A stretch of 62,433 bases of DNA, counting the filler, from Clostridia bacterium (GTDB lineage: Bacteria; CBDUZB01; JAGLHV01): assembly GCA_030637025.1 (NCBI GenBank). It is 4 parts of 4 records of this genome, joined end to end, with 100 filler letters (N's around TTAATTAATTAA, not from the genome) between each part and the next. Parts side by side here need not be neighbours in the genome. Positions count along the whole stretch, not along the records: positions 1 to 23,891 come from DAOVVV010000036.1; positions 23,992 to 28,922 come from DAOVVV010000066.1; 2 more parts are not named here. One strand, given 5' to 3'. Under the pieces are notes generated by a model. It was not told the origin of the DNA, ran no database searches, and saw only the letters and a list, made by a program, of their open reading frames with translations. The translations under genes and the position numbers were made by a program. Positions 19,791-28,469 of the stretch are shown one piece after another. The number at the start of each line of letters is the position of its first letter. Within the stretch, counting starts at the first letter, position 1.

Positions 19791-20168
19791 ATGAAAAAAA
19801 TATTGCTTCTCATCATATTAGGTCTATCATTTCAAATCATTTCTTATGCCAGCAAAATACATCCCCTCGATTTCACCAAATTAAATCAAATATCTTCAAT
19901 AGTTGTGGTAGGGGAAGTAATCGATATTAAAAAAATAGATGAAATTGATAGTACTTCAATATTTGATGTTACAATTGAAAAGTTAAGCATTATTAAAGGA
20001 TCTATGATAGAAGATAGATTTGTATTGCCAATGCACATTGGTGGACTTAAAGGATTTGATGTTATGCTGCAAAAAAATAAAAAATATGTTTTTTTTGTGA
20101 ATCCCGAAAAAAGAAGAAATTATTTTAGGCTTGCATATCCTGGAGCAGTCGCAAAATTTGAAAAATAA
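19791..20168 (+). CDS. Hypothetical secreted protein (cassette)
   Basis: MKKILLL signal peptide, RBS ggagg. Confidence 0.65.
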   Translation: MKKILLLIILGLSFQIISYASKIHPLDFTKLNQISSIVVVGEVIDIKKIDEIDSTSIFDVTIEKLSIIKGSMIEDRFVLPMHIGGLKGFDVMLQKNKKYVFFVNPEKRRNYFRLAYPGAVAKFEK

Positions 20169-20307
20169 AACCACACTGTATAACAAAAGAAAAAGGCTGG
20201 ATTTTGTGTCGGGAAAAAGGACTTGAAAAACAGATACTTCAATAACTTTAAAACTTTAAGCAACGTTATATAATAAAAAATATCCCACAAAACATATAAA
20301 AAATACT

Positions 20308-20490
20308 TTAAAATCCATTTCAATAACACTTTATTAATTTATGCAGCTACTGTATAACTGTTAAATATTATGTGTTTTGTCATCGGGTAAGAGAAAAAAA
20401 TAAAAAAGTTGACAGAAACTCATTTGTTTTTTATAATAAGGCAATCTGGTTTTGTGAAAATGGAGTAGCCAGATAATTATGATGTTAGAA
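20308..20490 (+). promoter_or_regulatory. Repeated promoter plus attI-like module, copy 3
   Basis: TTGACA(20409)-N17-TATAAT(20432); ends gtagccagataattatgatGTTAGAA. Confidence 0.8.
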
Positions 20491-20498
20491 GAGAAAAA

Positions 20499-21143
20499 AT
20501 GGAACTATCAGAATTAGCAAAGAATATATCTGTGATTATTGGTGCTTTAACCTTAATATCAGGGATTAGGGCATGGAAACGTGAATACATCGGCAAACGC
20601 AAAATTGAATTAGCCGAAGATACTCTAATGTTGTTTTACCAAGCAAGAGATGCCATTCGTGAGATCCGTAATCCATTTGGTAGGATTGGCGAGGGAAGTT
20701 CAAGACAGAAAGCAGATAATGAAACAGATAGGGAAACGGAATTGTTAAACCGGGCTTATGCAGTATTTGAACGTTATCAAAAACAAGAAGAAATATTTAA
20801 TAAAATCCAATCTATTCGATATCGTTTTATGGCTCGGTTTGGCAGAGAAAACGAATCACCATTCATCGAATTAAATATAATCCTGAAGGATATTTTTCTA
20901 TCTGCTCACATGTTAGGAGACTATTATGGGGAGAGACAGGGTCGGGTAAAGATAGAAGGTGAGGAATTAGAGAAGCACCTTAAAGAGATGCATGAACAAG
21001 AAGCTGTTTTTTGGTTTCAAGGTGAAAAACGTGACAAGATTGGTCCAAGGGTTGAAAAGGTTATTAAACAAATTGAGGACATAACAAAAGCGACTCTTGC
21101 TGAAAAGGATATTTTGTTTAAAAAATTATTGAAAAAAGACTAA
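20499..21143 (+). CDS. Hypothetical protein, N-terminal TM plus helical domain (cassette)
   Basis: 214-aa ORF between the attI-like core and a degenerate attC. Confidence 0.75.
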   Translation: MELSELAKNISVIIGALTLISGIRAWKREYIGKRKIELAEDTLMLFYQARDAIREIRNPFGRIGEGSSRQKADNETDRETELLNRAYAVFERYQKQEEIFNKIQSIRYRFMARFGRENESPFIELNIILKDIFLSAHMLGDYYGERQGRVKIEGEELEKHLKEMHEQEAVFWFQGEKRDKIGPRVEKVIKQIEDITKATLAEKDILFKKLLKKD

Positions 21144-21205
21144 CAAGGTCATGTACCAGATCCCAAAAGCCTTGCAGCTTTTAGTCCAGATGTCCGGCGT
21201 TACCT
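21138..21205 (+). other. Degenerate attC site
   Basis: GACTAAC-aaggtcatg...aaaagc..gctttt...ccggc-GTTACCT. Confidence 0.5.
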
Positions 21206-21246
21206 GGAAAATAAAAACATAATTTATTGAAAAGAGAAGAGGAATC

Positions 21247-22635
21247 ATGGCTTTTAATCCAAAACAAGAATATCAAGTAGTTGAGGATCTATGTACAATA
21301 AAAGATTTCTCTGATTATAGTGAAGAGTATGTGACAAGACCACCTTATCAAAGAAAAAATGTATGGTCTGTAGGAAAAAAGCAAAACTTACTTGATAGTT
21401 TATTTCGTAGATATTACATACCCAAAATTGTGATAAGAGAGGTTAGGTTGGGAGAGGATAAAACCATCAAAGAAATAATTGACGGACAACAGCGGATAAT
21501 TACTGCACAAGAATTCATTCAAAACAAATTACGCTTACCGAAATCTTTAAAGAATATCCATCCCGAATTACCAGGAAAAACTTATTCTGAACTGAGCGTC
21601 GAAATGAGGCGTTTCGTAGACAAAGAATTAAAATATAAGGCAGATGTTGTGAAAGGCATTGAGGATCCCAAAAATACGCTTCATCAAAGAATAGCAACGG
21701 AGATATTTTGGCGCCTCCAACAAGGTGAGTCTCTAAATTTTATGGAAATAGCACATGCCCGTCTCAATAGCTTAACAAGAAATTTTATTGTAAAGTATAG
21801 TGATGATATTTCATTTGACTTCAAAAAGTATAGTCCAGTTGATGATAATCCACATAAACACTCTTTTTTTAAAATAATTGAGAAAACTAATAATAGAATG
21901 CAACATTTAATGTTGATGGCTCGCTTCATTCTACTTGAAAAAGCTGAAGGTCCTATCGAACTTAAAAACTCTGATGTGGAGAATCTTATAGAAAATAACA
22001 CTTCAGATGACGGGATAGGAAATGAGTCCTTTGAGACTGAAAACGTTGCACATAAGGTTTTATTCAATCTAAATGCTCTATACGACGTGTTCAAAAATGA
22101 TACCATGCTAAAAAATGGTGGCTCAATACGAGAATTAAAGCGAGAATATATAATGATATCGCTATATTTATTAATACGCCACCTTAAACAATACTACGTT
22201 TTTGGCGAAAAAGAAAAAAACCTGTTTATAAACTTTTTTCTCAAATTTCATGAACGGTGGCAAAATCCTGATGACGAAGATAGAGATGTTTTATCGTTTT
22301 CTGAACATAGACAGCAAGACAAAAAAAATGTAGAAGCACGCCATATTATAATAAGACAATTATTCTTCCAATACATTAAAGAACAAAAGAAGAATATTGT
22401 CCTTAAAGACGAAAAAAGAAGTTTTAATGAAGCTGAAAGAATAGCTATTTATCGCAGGGATAAAGGTCTTTGTCAAAAGTGTCTCAAAGAAGGAAAAAAT
22501 GAAAAAGAATCAGCCGTAGGCTGGCCTGAATATGAAGCAGATCATATAATTGCACATGCTAAGGGTGGTCCTACTAAGATACTTAATAGTCAAGTCCTTT
22601 GCATTTATCATAATAAACGAAAAGGAGATTCTTAA
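21247..22635 (+). CDS. DUF262 plus C-terminal HNH nuclease (GmrSD-like restriction/defence protein)
   Basis: PPYQR..VW, IIDGQQR, IFWRLQ.G..L in the N-terminus; CxxC, EADHIIAHAKGGPT...N.QVLC..HN in the C-terminus. Confidence 0.88.
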   Translation: MAFNPKQEYQVVEDLCTIKDFSDYSEEYVTRPPYQRKNVWSVGKKQNLLDSLFRRYYIPKIVIREVRLGEDKTIKEIIDGQQRIITAQEFIQNKLRLPKSLKNIHPELPGKTYSELSVEMRRFVDKELKYKADVVKGIEDPKNTLHQRIATEIFWRLQQGESLNFMEIAHARLNSLTRNFIVKYSDDISFDFKKYSPVDDNPHKHSFFKIIEKTNNRMQHLMLMARFILLEKAEGPIELKNSDVENLIENNTSDDGIGNESFETENVAHKVLFNLNALYDVFKNDTMLKNGGSIRELKREYIMISLYLLIRHLKQYYVFGEKEKNLFINFFLKFHERWQNPDDEDRDVLSFSEHRQQDKKNVEARHIIIRQLFFQYIKEQKKNIVLKDEKRSFNEAERIAIYRRDKGLCQKCLKEGKNEKESAVGWPEYEADHIIAHAKGGPTKILNSQVLCIYHNKRKGDS

Positions 22636-22644
22636 TTTAAAAAC

Positions 22645-22711
22645 ATCTAACAATTCGCTGCAGCGGATTTAAAAGCTGGCGCCTTTAAACAGCTGAGCTC
22701 AAATCTTATGA
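22645..22711 (+). other. attC site (core G mutated)
   Basis: ATCTAAC-aattcgctgcagcgg-ttttaaa..tttaaa-cagctgagctcaaat-CTTATGA. Confidence 0.8.
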
Positions 22712-22723
22712 GAAAAATTAAAA

Positions 22724-23548
22724 ATGAATAAAATATTTATTGGAATTAAAAACAATATTAAAAAATGGTTACTCGGTTGGTTTTTAGGGTATACAGTTCT
22801 TTGGACAATCATAGAGCCCATTCTTGCTTTTACAACGTTAAACATAACTGGATTGTACAAATTCCTTGGATTCATCCTACTTGCCTTAATAATTGCCACT
22901 TATCGTGTATATCCTAAAAAAGAGATCTCATTCTTGCTGAAAAATACAGGAACAAAGATAACAATCGTTTTTGATGATTTGTTTAAATTGCCTGGATGCA
23001 AAGCTATCCCTGTTAATGAATTTTTTGATTCCAAAATTGGAAAACTTGTCTCTCTCAAAAGCTTGCATGGTATTTTCCTACAAACAATATTGGGTGGTCA
23101 TTCGTTAATCTTTGATTCATTCGTCGATGCTCAATGTAAAGATATTCCCCACGAAATGATTGAAAGACCGGAAGGAAAAAAGAAACAATATCCAATAGGT
23201 ACAACTGTAGTAATAACACATAATTCTATAAAATATCTTTTATTCGTAGCCGCAAAAACAGATTTAAGCGACAAAGCTTTTTCAAATCCAGCCATAATGC
23301 TTGAAGCCCTAGCAGGATTTTGGACTAAATCTCGATGCGAGCACAATGGCGAAAAAATTGTTATTCCTCTTGTTGGCGGGGGACTTTCAGGAGTAGGGTT
23401 ACCTGCTAGAAGTCTTATTGAATTAATTTTAATTTCTATATTAAAAGCTACCAAAGAGCAGGAACTTTCAACCTCTATTACAATTTGTTTGCTTCCCGAC
23501 CTTATAAAACAGGTTGATTTATCAGAAATACAAAAAAACTGGAGGTAA
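22724..23548 (+). CDS. thsA: Thoeris type II effector ThsA-like (two TM plus macro domain)
   Basis: Two N-terminal TMs, IPVNEFFD, SLHG.F, YPIGT, IPLVGGGLS motifs; immediately followed by a TIR-like gene. Confidence 0.8.
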   Translation: MNKIFIGIKNNIKKWLLGWFLGYTVLWTIIEPILAFTTLNITGLYKFLGFILLALIIATYRVYPKKEISFLLKNTGTKITIVFDDLFKLPGCKAIPVNEFFDSKIGKLVSLKSLHGIFLQTILGGHSLIFDSFVDAQCKDIPHEMIERPEGKKKQYPIGTTVVITHNSIKYLLFVAAKTDLSDKAFSNPAIMLEALAGFWTKSRCEHNGEKIVIPLVGGGLSGVGLPARSLIELILISILKATKEQELSTSITICLLPDLIKQVDLSEIQKNWR

Positions 23549-23550
23549 AA

Positions 23551-23781
23551 ATGGCATATAGGAATGGAACTTATGTGGCTTTTAACGGTTGTGATACAAC
23601 AGATCCAACAAAAGGTGATCTTAAATATTATGGACTATTGCAGGCTTGGAATAAATCTAGAAACTTTGATTTCACATTTAGTGATAGTCATAAGAAGACT
23701 TGCTCAGTTTCGGATGAAAGCAAAATGATTACTTTGAAAAGGGGATTTTTTAGGGGACAATACTATAACAAATGTCAATAA
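23551..23781 (+). pseudogene. thsB: Truncated Thoeris ThsB-like TIR domain protein
   Basis: MAYRNGTYVAF..D.KYY.LL.AW....F.F.DSH N-terminus; homology lost at ~23740, where a repeated motif begins; only 76 aa. Confidence 0.75.
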
Positions 23782-23891
23782 GTAAAAAAACAAAAAGCTC
23801 CCCTATCAGTCTTTAAAGACCTTTTTTTTTAAAAATATAATCTACAAATTCAGTGTGTTTCACCAACTGCCAATTTCTCCAATAATCGTTA

Positions 23892-23991
23892 NNNNNNNNN
23901 NNNNNNNNNNNNNNNNNNNNNNNNNNNNNNNNNNNTTAATTAATTAANNNNNNNNNNNNNNNNNNNNNNNNNNNNNNNNNNNNNNNNNNNN
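23892..23991. other. Artificial contig spacer
   Basis: N run, TTAATTAATTAA, N run (stops in all six frames). Confidence 0.97.
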
Positions 23992-24596
23992 ATTATTTTA
24001 CCATAAAATATCTTGGGCCACCGCAAATATTTTCTCTTTCTCCTTTTTTTGCTTCTCCCGGGGAAACATTAGATATTGTTGTTAATGGTTTAAATTTTTA
24101 TAATGGGGCTGATATTATCTTTAGTGATACAGGAATAACCATAAATTCGGTTGATTTTATTAGTGCTACGCAATTGCGAGCCAATATTACCCTTGATGAT
24201 AATGCTTTTTCCGGCAGTAGGGATATTACAGTGACTAATATTGATGAGGTGAATGGAATATTAGCCAGTGGATTTGAAATTAGGGAAAACATTAGTTATC
24301 AGGGGGAAGATTCTCGTTTTGTTAAGCTAAGTCCTAAGATAATTACGCCTAATGGGGATGGAATAAATGATGTAGCCAATTTTATTTTTACCAATCCTAA
24401 TAATGAAACAGTTGAGGGAATGATATTTGATTTATCGGGCAGTGTGGTGAGAGATAATTTACCCTCAAGTAGTACTACATCGTTAACCTGGGATGGCCGG
24501 GATAGTAGTGGATGTGTTGTAAGTGGAAAGGTATATGTATATCAAATTAAAGTAGGTGGGAAAGTATTTAACGGGACGGTTGTGGTGGCGAAATAG
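23992..24596 (+). CDS. Beta-propeller/IPT/CTD paralog, 5'-partial
   Basis: Begins at the final YFTIKYLG repeat; IPT and CTD as in paralogs. Confidence 0.85.
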
Positions 24597-24832
24597 GGAA
24601 AAAGAAAAAGACAGGCACAAAGGCATCAAGGCACAGAGGCACAAAGTAAAAAGAGAAAGATCCGCCTTACAGACTGGTGGATAAGGCGGGAAGTTTGAAT
24701 TTGGGAGTTTGAATTTGTTTGCGTTTATGACAATGTATGACGCGAGCAAATTTTCCCCCTTTGAAAAAGGGGGTTAGGGGGATTTATGACTATTTGTGAC
24801 ACAGTATTTATGAGTAGGGAGAATTATTCCAA

Positions 24833-26569
24833 ATGAAAAGAAAATATTTAAATTTTTGTAAAGTGGAATTATTTTTTTTGGTTTTTGTTGGAATTATGTT
24901 TATTTTTAATGTTAAAGTTTGGGCGGGAACATTGATTTCTATTTCTTCTGCAGTTTATGATGGGGGTTCTAATGATTGTGCGACTGGGGTTGCCATAGAT
25001 GGAAATAATGATATTATTGTTACTGGATATCGTGATAGTGGAGCAAATAATGATTATTATACTATAAAATATAATAGTAATTTAGTGGTTATTACTTCGG
25101 CAGTTTATGATGGAGGTAATAATGACCAACCCTATGAAGTATTGATAACTGAAAATAATAACATTATTGTTGGAGGAGGAAGTACCCTTACATTTGCTGA
25201 GGATTATTTTACTATCAAGTATGATAATAACTTGTCTACAATACTTGCCTCGGCTACTTATAATGGTCCGGGAAATAATAGTGATTTTGTTTTTGGAATA
25301 ATAGAAGATGGGGCAGAAAATATTATTGTTACCGGGGAAAGGTGGAATGGAGCAAATTGGGGTTATTTTACTATAAAATATGATAGTAATTTAGTGGTTA
25401 TTACTTCAGCAGCCTATGATACAAGTAATCATGATTCTGCGAGGGGAGTAACGATAGATGGAAACAATAATATTATTGTTACTGGAAGAAGTAACAATGG
25501 AACAAATGATGATTATTATACCATAAAATATGATAATGATTTAGTGATTATTACTTCGGTAACTTATGATAGAGGTAGTAATGATTCTGCGAGGGGAGTA
25601 ACGATAGATGGAAGTAATAATATTATTGTTACCGGAGAAAGTAACAACGGAGCAAATTTTGATTATTTTACCATAAAATATGATAGTAATTTAGTGGTTA
25701 TTACTTCGGCAATTTATGATGGGGGCGGTAATGATTATGTGTATGGGATATTGACACATGGAAATAATAATATTATTGTTACTGGAGGGAGTTGGAATGG
25801 AGCAAGTTTTGATTATTTTACCATAAAATATGATAGTAATTTAGTGGTTATTGCTTCGGCAACTTATGATGGAGGCAATAGTCGTTCTGCGCAAGGAGTG
25901 ATGACGGATGATAATAATAATATTATAGTTACCGGATATAGTCATAATGGAGCAAATTATGATTATTTCACCATAAAGTATCTTGGTTCGCCCCAGGTGT
26001 TTTCTCTTTCTCCTTTTTTTGCTTCTCCCGGAGAAACAGTAGATATTACTATTAATGGGTTGAATTTCTATAATGGTATTGATGTTGCTTTTAGTAATTT
26101 TGGAATACTGGTAAATTCCATTGATTTTATTAGTGCTACTCAATTGCGAGCTAATATTACCATTGATGATAATGCTTTTTCCGGAACAAGGGATATCACG
26201 GTTACTAATATTGATGACGCATATGGTATGTTAACCAGTGGATTTGAAATCAGGGAAAACATAGGTTTTCAGGAGGAAGAAGATTCTCATTTTGTTAGGC
26301 TAACTCCAAAGATAATTACACCTAATGGGGATGGAATAAATGATGCAGCTAATTTTATTTTTACCAATCCTGATAATGAAACAGCTGAGGGAATGATATT
26401 TGATTTATCGGGCAGTGTGGTGAGAGATAATTTACCCTCAAGTAGTACTACATCGTTAACCTGGGATGGCCGGGATAGTAGTGGATGTGTTGTAAGTGGC
26501 AAGGTATATATATATCAAATTAAAATAGGTGGGAAAGTATTTAACGGGACGGTTGTGGTGGCGAAATAG
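24833..26569 (+). CDS. Secreted 7-repeat beta-propeller protein with IPT/TIG and T9SS-like CTD
   Basis: Full-length paralog of 1567-3297. Confidence 0.88.
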   Translation: MKRKYLNFCKVELFFLVFVGIMFIFNVKVWAGTLISISSAVYDGGSNDCATGVAIDGNNDIIVTGYRDSGANNDYYTIKYNSNLVVITSAVYDGGNNDQPYEVLITENNNIIVGGGSTLTFAEDYFTIKYDNNLSTILASATYNGPGNNSDFVFGIIEDGAENIIVTGERWNGANWGYFTIKYDSNLVVITSAAYDTSNHDSARGVTIDGNNNIIVTGRSNNGTNDDYYTIKYDNDLVIITSVTYDRGSNDSARGVTIDGSNNIIVTGESNNGANFDYFTIKYDSNLVVITSAIYDGGGNDYVYGILTHGNNNIIVTGGSWNGASFDYFTIKYDSNLVVIASATYDGGNSRSAQGVMTDDNNNIIVTGYSHNGANYDYFTIKYLGSPQVFSLSPFFASPGETVDITINGLNFYNGIDVAFSNFGILVNSIDFISATQLRANITIDDNAFSGTRDITVTNIDDAYGMLTSGFEIRENIGFQEEEDSHFVRLTPKIITPNGDGINDAANFIFTNPDNETAEGMIFDLSGSVVRDNLPSSSTTSLTWDGRDSSGCVVSGKVYIYQIKIGGKVFNGTVVVAK

Positions 26570-26803
26570 GGAAAAAGAAAAAGACAGGCACAAAGGCATC
26601 AAGGCATAGAGGCACAAAGTAAAAAGAGAAAGATCCGCCTTACAGACTGGTGGATAAGGCGGGAAGTTTGAAATTGGGAGTTTGCTTATTTGTGTTTATG
26701 ACAATGTATAACGCGAACAAATTTTCCCCCTTTGAAAAAGGGGGTTAGGGGGATTTATGACTATTTGTGACACAGTATTTATGAGCCAGGAGAATTATTA
26801 CAG

Positions 26804-26866
26804 ATGAAAAGAAAATATTTAAATTTTTGTAAAATGGGATTATTTTTTGATAATTTTTTTAAATAG
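26804..26866 (+). pseudogene. Relic start of another propeller paralog (MKRKYLNFCKMGLFF...)
   Basis: Same leader, RBS and first 15 codons as the paralogs, then a stop. Confidence 0.75.
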
Positions 26867-26906
26867 AGGACTGGTGCTGGATAACAAATTTATATTAGGA
26901 GGAAAA

Positions 26907-27716
26907 ATGAAATTTAAAAAGTTCGTAGTTATTTTTATAATATTATTAGTTTTTTCTTTAGTAAGCTGTGCTACTGTTCCTATTACCGGAAGAAAACAGA
27001 TGACCCTTATTTCCAGTTCTCAGATGCTGGCTATGAGCCAGACCAGTTATCAGGGATTGATAGCTAAAGCAAAGTTATCTAAAAATATGGAGAAAATCGC
27101 CTTGGTAAAGAGGGTGGGAGAAAGAATTGCTCTTGCCACTGGAGATTTTTTAAAAGAGAAGGGAATGGGAACAGAATTAAAGTATTACGACTGGGAATTT
27201 AATTTAATAGAGGATGAAAAGACAATAAATGCCTTCTGTATGCCGGGTGGTAAAATAGCAGTTTATTCGGGAATATTAAACTTAACCGATAATGAAGACC
27301 AACTAGCTGTGGTTATTGGTCATGAAGTCGCCCATGCCATTGCCAAACACGGAAACGAAAGAATGAGCCAAATGTTGCTGGTACAGTTAGGCGGGGTAGC
27401 TTTGCAAAAAGCCCTGGCTGAAAAGCCAAAAAAAACAAAGCGATTATATATGTGTGCCTTTGGTTTAGGGGCGCAATTCGGAGTAATACTACCTTACAGT
27501 AGAAAACACGAAGAAGAAGCTGACCATATAGGATTGATTTTGATGGCCAAAGCAGGGTATATGCCGGAAGAAGCAGTTTATTTCTGGCAAAAAATGAAGA
27601 ATCTGGGAGGGGTTCGTCCTCCGGAATTTATGTCTACCCACCCTGCTAATGATACCAGGATTAATAACCTGAAAAGATTACTTTCCCAGGCCAGACAGCA
27701 TTTAAAAAAACACTAA
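26907..27716 (+). CDS. M48 family metallopeptidase lipoprotein
   Basis: Lipobox LVSC, NAFCMPGGKI, HEVAH, E.EAD..G, FMSTHP; RBS aggagg. Confidence 0.93.
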   Translation: MKFKKFVVIFIILLVFSLVSCATVPITGRKQMTLISSSQMLAMSQTSYQGLIAKAKLSKNMEKIALVKRVGERIALATGDFLKEKGMGTELKYYDWEFNLIEDEKTINAFCMPGGKIAVYSGILNLTDNEDQLAVVIGHEVAHAIAKHGNERMSQMLLVQLGGVALQKALAEKPKKTKRLYMCAFGLGAQFGVILPYSRKHEEEADHIGLILMAKAGYMPEEAVYFWQKMKNLGGVRPPEFMSTHPANDTRINNLKRLLSQARQHLKKH

Positions 27717-27822
27717 CTATAGTTATTAAATATTGAAATTATTTCCAAAATTTAAAGGATTATTTAAAACTTATTTTTCGTTTATTCCTTAACCTTTTTG
27801 TAAATAAGAATTGAAATTTAAG

Positions 27823-27850
27823 GGAACTTTTTATATTTTTTTTTGTCTAA
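27823..27850 (+). promoter_or_regulatory. Putative ECF (RpoE-type) autoregulated promoter
   Basis: GGAACTT-N15-GTCTAA directly upstream of the ECF sigma gene. Confidence 0.65.
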
Positions 27851-27866
27851 GATAATAGAGGTGAAA

Positions 27867-28469
27867 ATGCAAGAGATAACAAAGAATATTATTATACAGG
27901 CTGCCAAAGAGGATATAGGAGCTTTTGAAATAATATATAAGAATAGTGTCAATTTTGTGTATAGTATAGCTTTGAGCATTACTAAGAACATTGATAGTGC
28001 TGAAGATATTACCCAGGAAGTATTTATAAAAATACACAAAAATCTTAATAAATTTCGGTTTCGCTCAACCTTTAAAACATGGATATATCGGATTGCTATT
28101 AACACTGCAATAAATGCTTATAAAAAAATATCAAAGGAAGCGGTTAAAAGGGATGCTTTCGATCTTGCCATTAAAACTCAATATGTAAATGATGCAACAG
28201 AGGAAATTCTTGGTAGAAAAGATAGGGAAAAACAACTTTTATCTTTTTTAGATACCCTGAATGCGGATCAACGAACCTGTATAATATTAAGGGAAATAGA
28301 AGGATTAAGTTATAAAGAAATTTCTGGGGTGTTGAAGATCAATATTAATACTGTGCGTTCAAGATTAAAGAGAGCTCGAATAGCTCTTTTAGCTTCTAAG
28401 AAAAAAGGGGTGATAAAAGATGAATTGCCGGGAAATAAAGCAATTATTAATGACCGATTATATGGATAG
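27867..28469 (+). CDS. ECF RNA polymerase sigma factor
   Basis: AEDITQEVFIK, FKTWIYRIAIN, LREIEGLSYKEI, TVRSRL.RAR. Confidence 0.92.
   Translation: MQEITKNIIIQAAKEDIGAFEIIYKNSVNFVYSIALSITKNIDSAEDITQEVFIKIHKNLNKFRFRSTFKTWIYRIAINTAINAYKKISKEAVKRDAFDLAIKTQYVNDATEEILGRKDREKQLLSFLDTLNADQRTCIILREIEGLSYKEISGVLKININTVRSRLKRARIALLASKKKGVIKDELPGNKAIINDRLYG

Larger units (their letters stand above)
13926..23781 (+). mobile_element. Integrase-less integron gene cassette array (CALIN-like), partly decayed
   Basis: Co-oriented short unrelated ORFs separated by attC-like sites (RYYTAAC...GTTRRRY with internal palindromes); no tyrosine recombinase in the contig. Confidence 0.8.

Noticed and set aside
23892-23991. 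TTAATTAATTAA within N runs as a biological motif (also 28923 and 60282)
   Set aside because: Identical 100-nt artificial linkers joining contigs
24612-24650. ANTAR target hairpins in the GGCACAAAGGCA repeats
   Set aside because: These are direct 8-mer repeats without complementary stems
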